This document shows, piece after piece, positions 27,982-35,489 of a stretch of 43,073 nt of DNA (positions are counted from its first letter, which is position 1; each line of letters begins with the position of its first letter). This DNA is from Candidatus Woesearchaeota archaeon. GTDB lineage: Archaea; Nanobdellota; Nanobdellia; SCGC-AAA011-G17; ARS1403. The position numbers were made by a program, and so were the translations under genes. The notes below the pieces were generated by a model. That model had not been told where the DNA came from and did not search any database. It saw only the letters and a list, made by a program, of their open reading frames with translations. Where the stretch lies: positions 1 through 43,073 of the forward strand of contig JACOZQ010000009.1 in the NCBI GenBank assembly GCA_016181275.1, read 5' to 3'.

Positions 27982-29714
27982 TTTCCCAAAATAGCTTTTA
28001 TTCTTCTAACGCCTGCGCTAGAGCTTTCCTCTTTAACAATTTTAAATTTTCCAAGCTCTTTTGTATTTGTAACATGAGGGCCGGCGCATAATTCTTTTGA
28101 ATAGTCGCCTATGAAGTAGACTTTCACCATCTCTCCATATTTATGCTCGAATGCTCCACTTATCCCTTTCTCTTTCGCTTTTTTAAGAGACATCTCTTCC
28201 CAATGCACGTCGATTTTTTTCTCAATTTGCTCATTTACTTTCTGCTCGATTTTTTTCAGCTCACCCTCGGTTAGTTTTCTAGAAAAGTTAAAATCAAATC
28301 TCAATCTTTCATGTGTTATATTACTCCCTTTCTGCATTATGCTTTTGTCTTTCAAAACTTCTTTCAGTGCTTGCAGCAACAAATGAGTTGCAGTATGCAA
28401 TCTAGTAGTTTCAATAGAATGATCAGCAAGTCCAGATTTGAATTTACCGACTGCTGCAGTTCTGCTCAATTCTCTATGTTTCTCAAATTCTTCCTCAAAT
28501 TTTTCCTTGTCGATTTTTAATTTTTTTTCTTTTGCAAGCTCCTCGGTCATCTCTAAAGGAAAGCCGTAGCTGGAAAATAATTTAAAAGCAATTTCCCCAT
28601 TTAATTTTTTATTTTTCAAGTTTTTAATTTCATTTTCGAATACTCGAAGCCCTTGATTCAATGCCCTGTCAAATTTTTCCTCTTCTTTTCCGATTTGCTC
28701 TAAAATAAATCTCTCATCAAATTTGTATTCACTTTTATAAACTTCAAAAATTTCTTTGACAATTTCAGAGCAGAATCTGTGTTTTATATCAAGCAGTCTC
28801 CCATGCCTTATCGCCCTTCTAATTAATCTTCTCAGCACATATCCTTGCTCAATATTACTCGGCTCAATCTTCTCATTTAATATAAAAGTAGCAGCTCGAA
28901 GATGATCAACAATTATTCTCTTGCTTCTCAGCTCATTTTTCCTGCTCAATCTTTCAATTTTAAGAATCAAAGGTTTTAATGTATCAACTTCATACACATT
29001 ATCATACCCATTCAAAGTCATCAAAGTCCTTTCGACTCCCATTCCAGTATCGACATTTCTCTGCTTTAATTTTTCATATTTTCCATTTTTATTTTTATTA
29101 TACTCCATGAATACATCATTCCAAATCTCAACCCATTTCTTGTCTTCATTATTGAATTCTTTAGGAGTTTTTTCTCCAGTGTAATAGAACATTTCTGTAT
29201 CGGGTCCGCAAGGTCCGGTATTTCCGGCAGGTCCCCACCAATTCTCGCTTTTTGGAAGGAAAATAATCTTCCCTTTTTTAATTCCTATTTTTTCCCATTT
29301 CTTAGCTGATTCCAAATCTTTAGCAGCATCTTTATCTCCTTTAAAACAGCTGATTCCGATTCTCTCGATATCAAGTCCCAGCTCATTAATCAGAAAGTCA
29401 AAGCTCATCTCAATCATCTCATCTTTAAAATATTCTCCAAGAGACCAGTTGCCGAGCATTTCGAAAAAAGTTAAATGGAATTCGTCTCCTACTTCATCTA
29501 TGTCGCCAGTCCTTATGCATTTCTGCACATTAACTAATCTTTTTCCTGCAGGATGTTTTTCTCCTAGTAAAAATGGAACAAGCGGATGCATCCCAGCAGT
29601 TGTAAATAGTACAGTCGGATCATTTTCAGGTATTAAAGAAGCATTGACAATTTCTTTATGATTATTTTTCTTAAAAAATTCGATATATTTTTTCTTTAAT
29701 TCATAAGATTTCAT
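27978..29714 (-). CDS. alaS: Alanyl-tRNA synthetase, bacterial-type short form (catalytic and editing domains, no C-Ala domain)
   Basis: NDPTVLFTTAGMHPLVPFLLG, NVQKCIRTGDIDEVGD..HLTFFEMLGNWSLGEYFK, editing-site HTATHLL and CAGPHV. It ends at ...GVRRIKAILGN. Confidence 0.85.
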   Translation of the reverse strand: MKSYELKKKYIEFFKKNNHKEIVNASLIPENDPTVLFTTAGMHPLVPFLLGEKHPAGKRLVNVQKCIRTGDIDEVGDEFHLTFFEMLGNWSLGEYFKDEMIEMSFDFLINELGLDIERIGISCFKGDKDAAKDLESAKKWEKIGIKKGKIIFLPKSENWWGPAGNTGPCGPDTEMFYYTGEKTPKEFNNEDKKWVEIWNDVFMEYNKNKNGKYEKLKQRNVDTGMGVERTLMTLNGYDNVYEVDTLKPLILKIERLSRKNELRSKRIIVDHLRAATFILNEKIEPSNIEQGYVLRRLIRRAIRHGRLLDIKHRFCSEIVKEIFEVYKSEYKFDERFILEQIGKEEEKFDRALNQGLRVFENEIKNLKNKKLNGEIAFKLFSSYGFPLEMTEELAKEKKLKIDKEKFEEEFEKHRELSRTAAVGKFKSGLADHSIETTRLHTATHLLLQALKEVLKDKSIMQKGSNITHERLRFDFNFSRKLTEGELKKIEQKVNEQIEKKIDVHWEEMSLKKAKEKGISGAFEHKYGEMVKVYFIGDYSKELCAGPHVTNTKELGKFKIVKEESSSAGVRRIKAILGN

Positions 29715-30313
29715 TCTATAAAAACCTCTCTTGTTTTAGCTTCAACTTTATAATTTTCCAATAAGTTAAATATCTCCATCTTATATTGTATAGGAATCAT
29801 AATACAACTTTTACCAATTTTTTTACCATCAAATTTATCCAATAATCCTTGGTAATATTTTTTATTAGCATGAAATCCATATAATTTATTTAAAAAAGCC
29901 CCCCTATTTTTTCCTATTTTATTCCAATAAATAATTACTGAATGTTTAATATCTTTAGGTAATTCAGTCATTTGATAATCCCCATACAAGACAATTCCTG
30001 TTGAAGCAATTGATCTCTGAAGATCTTTCCATTCTTCAAGTTTCCCGATTTTAATGCTAAATTCATTATCAATATTTTTTAATTTAAATAAGGAAGCTTC
30101 ACGGCTTTGATAAAATTCTTTTTCTAGTTTCTTTATTTCATTTTCAAATTTTTTATTTTTGATCTTAATTTCGATAAATATATCAATATCACTTTCTTTA
30201 TCTTCATCAGACCGGGCAACAGAACCATAAAGGATTATTCTTTTAATATTACCAATATTTTTCAAATTATTTAAAAGATAAGATACAAAATAACTGGAAT
30301 ATTGTTTTAACAT
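29711..30313 (-). CDS. Nucleotidyltransferase-domain protein (MNT-like) with a roughly 100-aa C-terminal extension
   Basis: RIILYGSVARSDEDKESDIDIFIE matches the GSxxRG...DxD minimal NTase signature. It overlaps the upstream partner by 7 nt. Confidence 0.7.
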   Translation of the reverse strand: MLKQYSSYFVSYLLNNLKNIGNIKRIILYGSVARSDEDKESDIDIFIEIKIKNKKFENEIKKLEKEFYQSREASLFKLKNIDNEFSIKIGKLEEWKDLQRSIASTGIVLYGDYQMTELPKDIKHSVIIYWNKIGKNRGAFLNKLYGFHANKKYYQGLLDKFDGKKIGKSCIMIPIQYKMEIFNLLENYKVEAKTREVFIE

Positions 30314-30717
30314 TTTAGAACCTTTTTTAGTTTAAAAAATAAATTTATTTTTTCTTGTAAGATTTTATCACTTGCAGGAGCTCCATAAGCCAAATCATCT
30401 CTTTTTTCTTCTATTTGTTTTGTTATATCAACTATATCTTTAATTTTCTCAATTGAATCTATTGGGCTGGTTATTTGATTCTGTAATTTTTCTAAAATTT
30501 TATCTTCATTTCTCTTAAACCAAGTATGATCGATTTGGGTACCTTCTTTAATTATATTTAATTTATGAAAATATAATTCAATAAGATTTACTGCTCCTAA
30601 AGATAAAGAAAAAGCAAGTCTTCTTTGATGTGACAATAGTCCTCTTTTATCATTTAAAGCAGATTCAATCTCATCCAATACTTCCTTCAAAATTTCTTTA
30701 TGTTTTTCTTCTTTCAT
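30307..30717 (-). CDS. Small helical partner protein of the NTase (HEPN-like?)
   Basis: 136 aa and predicted to be all-helical by composition. It contains RGLLSH (an Rx4H pattern), but in an atypical N-terminal position. The assignment rests mainly on gene context. Confidence 0.35.
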   Translation of the reverse strand: MKEEKHKEILKEVLDEIESALNDKRGLLSHQRRLAFSLSLGAVNLIELYFHKLNIIKEGTQIDHTWFKRNEDKILEKLQNQITSPIDSIEKIKDIVDITKQIEEKRDDLAYGAPASDKILQEKINLFFKLKKVLKC

Positions 30718-30719
30718 TT

Positions 30720-30824
30720 TAAGTCATTTGCCTTATTATGATTAAGTCATTTGTCTTTATAAATTTTTTGCTAATTTATAGTATTTAAGTCACATGTCTT
30801 ATTATAATTAAGATATCTGTCTTA
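30720..30824. promoter_or_regulatory. Four copies of a 16-bp palindromic operator-like site, TAAG(T/A)(C/T)A-NN-TG(C/T)CTT(A/T), flanking a TATA-like box
   Basis: Copies at 30720..30735 (TAAGTCATTTGCCTTA), 30743..30758 (TAAGTCATTTGTCTTT), 30786..30801 (TAAGTCACATGTCTTA) and 30809..30824 (TAAGATATCTGTCTTA). Start-to-start spacings are 23, 43 and 23 bp. TTTATAAA at about 30757..30764 lies between the pairs. The array sits immediately upstream of the ATG at 30717. Confidence 0.65.
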
Positions 30825-30830
30825 AGGAAA

Positions 30831-31244
30831 TTACATTAATATTTCGAAGCTTCTGCCATCCTCTCTAACCGGAACTAGTTTAATTTTATGCCTTTGTTTT
30901 CCCCAAGACTTGCCATATGTTCTGCCTAGAAATACATTTAATCTTTGTGCAAGATCTCTCGAATCTATAATTTCTCTGGAAGAAACATCAACATATCTTG
31001 TTGATCCAAAATTATCCGTTCTTACTCCTGCACCGTTAGCTTGAAGATCAAATTCTTTTACAAGTGCTAATGCAACAGGGGTTTTATCTCCTAGATAAGG
31101 AGTTAAACTGTTTTCATGAAGATTATCCACATTCCTTAGAGATGAATAATCAACACCCATTTCAAATGTCCCAAATCCATAATTTACATTTCCATATTGA
31201 TGTGCGACAATCGCTGGACTCATCATAAGCAAAGCATCTATCAT
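30831..31244 (-). CDS. Hypothetical soluble protein (137 aa)
   Basis: ORF with normal composition. No motif recognised. Confidence 0.45.
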   Translation of the reverse strand: MIDALLMMSPAIVAHQYGNVNYGFGTFEMGVDYSSLRNVDNLHENSLTPYLGDKTPVALALVKEFDLQANGAGVRTDNFGSTRYVDVSSREIIDSRDLAQRLNVFLGRTYGKSWGKQRHKIKLVPVREDGRSFEILM

Positions 31245-31275
31245 ATTAAATTAGATAACATAAAATTATATAAAT

Positions 31276-31866
31276 CTATTCCCAAAAATAAGTCTTTTCG
31301 ACGTCTTCTAAAAAGTTGATCCCGCCTTCTTCGCTCAAACAACTTCCAGACAAGCATAAATTGCTTTTGCATTCATAATTATTGTCGCATTGCTCTTCTT
31401 TCTGTACTCTCAAACTTTGAGTAAAGTCACAGTATCTTCCAGCAATCCTTGTGCCAACGGGCAAGCATTCTCCATTGTATTCGCATCCAGATTCGCAAAT
31501 AAGATTATCAGCAGATTTAGTTTTGCAAATTCCAAAGCCGCCTTCAGCAACGCATCCAAATTCACAGAATATCTCTTTTACAGCTCCATCGGTTCTTGCC
31601 TTGTCACAATAATACTCTCCTAATGTAGTTGAATTAACACAAAAATCACTTCTAGGTTTTGTGGGATCAAAGCTGCCTATAACATTTCCTCCGACCTTGT
31701 CGTCAATACCAGAATCAGTGTCTTCGCAGTCAAGTATGTTATCAGTGGCCCTGCCGGTAAAAATATCAGTAAAGTTTCCAGAAAGAACAATTGCAAATGC
31801 TAACACAGCAACAATGATTATCACTAAATTTTTATTTTCCATCAGGAATTTAAAAAATAATAACAT
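31276..31866 (-). CDS. Secreted or membrane-anchored Cys-rich protein
   Basis: Hydrophobic leader (start possibly Met9, MENKNLVIIIVAVLAFAIVLSG, at 31842). There are about 18 Cys in EGF-like or knottin-like spacing. Confidence 0.6.
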   Translation of the reverse strand: MLLFFKFLMENKNLVIIIVAVLAFAIVLSGNFTDIFTGRATDNILDCEDTDSGIDDKVGGNVIGSFDPTKPRSDFCVNSTTLGEYYCDKARTDGAVKEIFCEFGCVAEGGFGICKTKSADNLICESGCEYNGECLPVGTRIAGRYCDFTQSLRVQKEEQCDNNYECKSNLCLSGSCLSEEGGINFLEDVEKTYFWE

Positions 31867-31878
31867 ATAAATATCTTT

Positions 31879-34365
31879 CTACTCCAAATATAAAGCAGGC
31901 TTTCCAATTTTTGCTTTACTTGATTTTTTCTCAGGATCATGTTTATCTTTGTCAGCAACAGAAAATATTTTTATCTCGAAACTTGTCCTTCTTGAAATGT
32001 CCTCGATGCTATCATTATAAATTTTTAATTCTTTAGGCAGAACATACACAAAACATTTTTTGATATCTTTATTTTTTTCTTTTACAATTTTAGCAACATT
32101 GTTTATATCATCAATAAGTTTCTCAATCTGCTCTTCATCATCTTCTAATTTCTTATCAATTTTTTTTTCATCAGCTTTAGGCCATTCAGCAACAGAAACA
32201 TATCCGTTTTCAAATAATTCCTCTGAGATGTGGGGAGCAAAGCAGCTCAGCATTATCAAGATTTTCTTCAAACTATCATCAAACACTTTAGCAGAAATGT
32301 TCTCTTTTTGTGTATGCATGAAGTTTGTCAGCTGCATCAATCTATTAATTGCAAGGTTGAATTTAAATTCATCCATGTCAACAGTTATTTCCTTAATTAT
32401 CTGATTCAATTTGCTTTCAAGAATTTTATCTTTAATATTCAATCTTGGTTTTATTTTATTTTTGAATGAATAAATTTTTTTTAAAAATCTGTAAACCCCT
32501 TCAATTCCTTTATCGTCCCATTCCCTATTTTTTCCAGGATCTCCCATGAATAATAAATAAGTTCTTAAAGTATCAGCTCCATATTTTTCAATTGTTTCCA
32601 TAGGATCGATGACATTGCCCTTTGATTTGCTCATCCTCATTCCATTTTTGTTTATCATTCCTTGATTAAACAAATTAATAAACGGCTCATCAATTTCCAG
32701 CAAGCCGATATCTCTCATCGCCTTAACAAAAAATCTTGCATATAATAAATGCAAAACAGCATGCTCGGCTCCGCCGATATACTGATCGACAGGCATCCAT
32801 TTCTCAATCTTTTTAGCATCAAAAATTTTCTTTTCATTTTTATTATCAATAAATCTCAAGAAATACCAGCTAGAATCAAAAAAAGTGTCCATTGTATCTG
32901 TTTCTCTTCTCGCATCTCCTCCGCATTTAGTGCATTCCACTTTATGGAATTTTTCATGATTAGCAAGCGGATTTCCTTCTCCGGAAAATTTGACATCATC
33001 AGGAAGCAAGACAGGAATTTCCGCAGGCAATATGCCACACTTGTCGCAGTATATAATTGGAATAGGGGTTCCCCAATATCTCTGTCTTGAAATCAACCAG
33101 TCTCTTAATTTGTAATTTATAGTTCTTTTCCCGAACTTTTTCTTCTCCAAATATTTTATTATTTCTTTTATAGCATCAAAATTATTCATGCCATTAAAAA
33201 TTTTATCAGAATTGATTACAATCCCCATATCAACATAAGCTTTCATCATCTTTTCAGCATCCAGCTCATATTCTTTTGGTTTAATAACAACTTTAACAGG
33301 AATTTTATATTTTCTAGCAAATTCAAAGTCTCTCTGGTCATGAGCTGGAACAGCCATCACAGCACCAGTACCATATTCAAGCAATACAAAATTAGCAATA
33401 TATATGGGAACCTCTTGATTGTTGACAGGATTAATGGCATATCTTCCTGTGAACAATCCTTCCTTCTCCTTGTCTTCAACAGCTCTTTCATATTTCTCAT
33501 CGATAACAACTTTGTTTGTGAATTTCTTTATTTCATTTTCATATTTAGTTCCTCTAACAAGATCAAAAACTTTGGGATTTTCAGGAGCCATCACCACAAA
33601 TGTAACTCCCCATAAAGTATCAGGTCTTGTAGTAAAAACTTTCAATTTGTCTTCGCTATTTTTTAGTTTAAAATCTATTTCAATACCATCACTTCTTCCA
33701 ATCCAATTCTTCTGCATGATTTTTATTTTCTCATTCCAATTTAATCCACTAATGTCTTTAAGCAGCTCATCGGCGTATTTAGTTATCTTCAAAAACCACT
33801 GCTCTAATTGTTTTATCTCAACTTTACTATGACATCTCCAGCATTCGCCATCTTCAACCTGCTCATTAGCAAGAACAGTTCCGCAATGACCGCACCAGTT
33901 TACAGGAGCTTTAGCTCGATAAGCAAGTCCATTCTCAAAAAATTTCAGGAACAGCCACTGATTCCATTTATAATATTCAGGATCGCATGTCTTAATCAGC
34001 TTGTTCCAATCATAACTAATTCCAAGTCTTTTCTGCTGGAAAATAAAATTTTTTATACTCTTTTCAGTATACTCTTTAGGATGGATTTTCTCTTTTATCG
34101 CGGCATTCTCAGCAGGCAGACCAAATGCATCATATCCCATTGGATAAAGAACATTGAATCCTCGAGCTCTTTTAAATCTTGCATAAGCATCTCCGATCGA
34201 ATAGTTAAAAGTATGTCCCAAATGCAACCCTAATCCAGAAGGATACGGAAACATCTCGAGGACGTAGCATTTTTTTCCTTTTTCTTTAGCTACAAATAAT
34301 TTATCTTTCTCCCATTTCTTCTGCCACTTCAACTCAATCTCTTTCAATTCTTTCATATCAATCAC
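31879..34365 (-). CDS. leuS: Leucyl-tRNA synthetase, bacterial type
   Basis: MFPYPSGLGLHLGHTFNY (HIGH region); VNWCGHCGTVLANEQVEDGECWRCHSKVEIKQLEQWFLKITKYADELL is nearly colinear with the E. coli LeuS Zn/CP1 junction as I recall it; KMSKSKGN (KMSKS). 828 aa. Confidence 0.9.
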   Translation of the reverse strand: MIDMKELKEIELKWQKKWEKDKLFVAKEKGKKCYVLEMFPYPSGLGLHLGHTFNYSIGDAYARFKRARGFNVLYPMGYDAFGLPAENAAIKEKIHPKEYTEKSIKNFIFQQKRLGISYDWNKLIKTCDPEYYKWNQWLFLKFFENGLAYRAKAPVNWCGHCGTVLANEQVEDGECWRCHSKVEIKQLEQWFLKITKYADELLKDISGLNWNEKIKIMQKNWIGRSDGIEIDFKLKNSEDKLKVFTTRPDTLWGVTFVVMAPENPKVFDLVRGTKYENEIKKFTNKVVIDEKYERAVEDKEKEGLFTGRYAINPVNNQEVPIYIANFVLLEYGTGAVMAVPAHDQRDFEFARKYKIPVKVVIKPKEYELDAEKMMKAYVDMGIVINSDKIFNGMNNFDAIKEIIKYLEKKKFGKRTINYKLRDWLISRQRYWGTPIPIIYCDKCGILPAEIPVLLPDDVKFSGEGNPLANHEKFHKVECTKCGGDARRETDTMDTFFDSSWYFLRFIDNKNEKKIFDAKKIEKWMPVDQYIGGAEHAVLHLLYARFFVKAMRDIGLLEIDEPFINLFNQGMINKNGMRMSKSKGNVIDPMETIEKYGADTLRTYLLFMGDPGKNREWDDKGIEGVYRFLKKIYSFKNKIKPRLNIKDKILESKLNQIIKEITVDMDEFKFNLAINRLMQLTNFMHTQKENISAKVFDDSLKKILIMLSCFAPHISEELFENGYVSVAEWPKADEKKIDKKLEDDEEQIEKLIDDINNVAKIVKEKNKDIKKCFVYVLPKELKIYNDSIEDISRRTSFEIKIFSVADKDKHDPEKKSSKAKIGKPALYLE

Positions 34366-34388
34366 GTATTATTTCAAATTTAAAAAGG

Positions 34389-34712
34389 TTAGGATAAATA
34401 TTTAATGAATCCATCTAACCTCTTCTTTCTTAATCCATTTTTAACTTGACTCTTCATTCCATCTTTTAATCTTGGATCAAAATAAACCCTAACAAAGCTG
34501 TTTTCAGATAAGTGAAAGTTTCCCATTATTTTTTCAACATAATCAGTGAGCTCAGTAGGATTTCTAAATTGTTTGGGTCGTACATCTCCTATTGCTCTAA
34601 CATAATAGATTTCTCCTCCCCTTCCACTTATATCTATATCGCTTTCAGGCCTGTTTCCATAAGTTCCCATTTTTCCTCCATTGATTCTTCTAACTATCGT
34701 CCCCAAAGACAA
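34389..34712 (-). CDS. Hypothetical protein (107 aa)
   Basis: ORF directly upstream of leuS on the same strand. No motif recognised. Confidence 0.45.
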   Translation of the reverse strand: MSLGTIVRRINGGKMGTYGNRPESDIDISGRGGEIYYVRAIGDVRPKQFRNPTELTDYVEKIMGNFHLSENSFVRVYFDPRLKDGMKSQVKNGLRKKRLDGFIKYLS

Positions 34713-34894
34713 CGCCCCCTCAAAAAGATTTAGAAAGGTTGTCTAAATTAAAGCAATAAAATCAGAAGAATGCTTTCAGCTAACAATTCAAGATTTGTAA
34801 AGTTGTCAGCCATTTTCATGTAATATCATAAGAAGCAAGATTATTTAAAGATTTTGCAAAAACTTAAAAACCAATTAAACAAGGATTTTATCAT

Positions 34895-34992
34895 GGGCCC
34901 GTAGCTCAGTTTGGATAGAGCACTAGCCTTCTAAAATAGTTTATTAAGAAGAAAGCTAGGGGTCGCGCGTTCAAATCGCGTCGGGCCCGCCA
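34895..34992 (+). tRNA. tRNA-Arg (anticodon UCU) with a 20-nt intron at the canonical 37/38 position and a genomically encoded CCA
   Basis: Acceptor GGGCCCG/CGGGCCC, D stem GCTC/GAGC, anticodon stem CTAGC (34923..27)/GCTAG (34955..59). There are 27 nt between the stem halves, which is the loop CTTCTAA plus an intron at about 34934..34953. The intron AGAAG pairs with the anticodon-loop CTTCT, leaving a 3-nt AAA bulge (BHB-like). T arm GCGCG-TTCAAAT-CGCGT, then G-CCA. Confidence 0.8.
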
Positions 34993-35051
34993 TATATGAT
35001 ATTCTGCAGAAGAGAAACTCTTTTAAAATCATTTTAATTAATTTTAATTAT

Positions 35052-35124
35052 GGGCAGATACCGGAGTGGTTAACGGCGCCGCCTGCAGAGCGGTTATTCA
35101 TGGGTTCGAATCCCATTCTGCCCT
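35052..35124 (+). tRNA. tRNA-Cys (anticodon GCA)
   Basis: Acceptor GGGCAGA/TCTGCCC, anticodon stem GCCGC/GCGGT with loop CTGCAGA, T arm ATGGG-TTCGAAT-CCCAT, discriminator U (the usual Cys identity element). Confidence 0.85.
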
Positions 35125-35134
35125 TTTCTTAAAA

Positions 35135-35470
35135 ATGCACAGATATATCAGATCGTACTTGGAAAGGAATGGTATTGAAATAAAGAATAGCTCAAGAAGT
35201 ATAAAAAGGATTGACAGCAATGAAGTAATCCTGGATTTAAAAAAGTCGATAAAAAAGATGAGGCTAGGCGGATATTATTATCATGTCCCGAGAGGGTATC
35301 ATCATGTCATAATAAATGAAAAAGAGGGTAATGCCAAAATAAATCCAATTGATATCTACAAATTCTCATTAGATTTAGCAGTTGAAAATGAAGATTTTGA
35401 GGAAGCAGCTAAGATAAGGGATATGATAAATAAAAGAGAAACAAGATCTATAGAAAGATTGTTAAAATAA
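35135..35470 (+). CDS. Small protein with a UVR (UvrB/UvrC-type) motif
   Basis: LAVENEDFEEAAKIRDMI matches the UVR helical hairpin motif. I set the start to ATG 35135 because the track start (GTG 35066) lies inside tRNA-Cys. Confidence 0.5.
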   Translation: MHRYIRSYLERNGIEIKNSSRSIKRIDSNEVILDLKKSIKKMRLGGYYYHVPRGYHHVIINEKEGNAKINPIDIYKFSLDLAVENEDFEEAAKIRDMINKRETRSIERLLK

Positions 35471-35489
35471 AAAAAAGAAAAGAAATAAT

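Noticed and set aside
30720-30824. Possible mini-CRISPR array from the four 16-bp repeats
   Set aside because: The repeats are too short, are internally palindromic, and are separated by 7-27 bp rather than 30-40 bp spacers. They sit in a promoter, and no cas genes are nearby. I interpret them as operators.
35066-35134. GTG start of ORF 35066..35470
   Set aside because: The first 20 or so codons are the body of tRNA-Cys (35052..35124). The internal ATG at 35135 is used instead.
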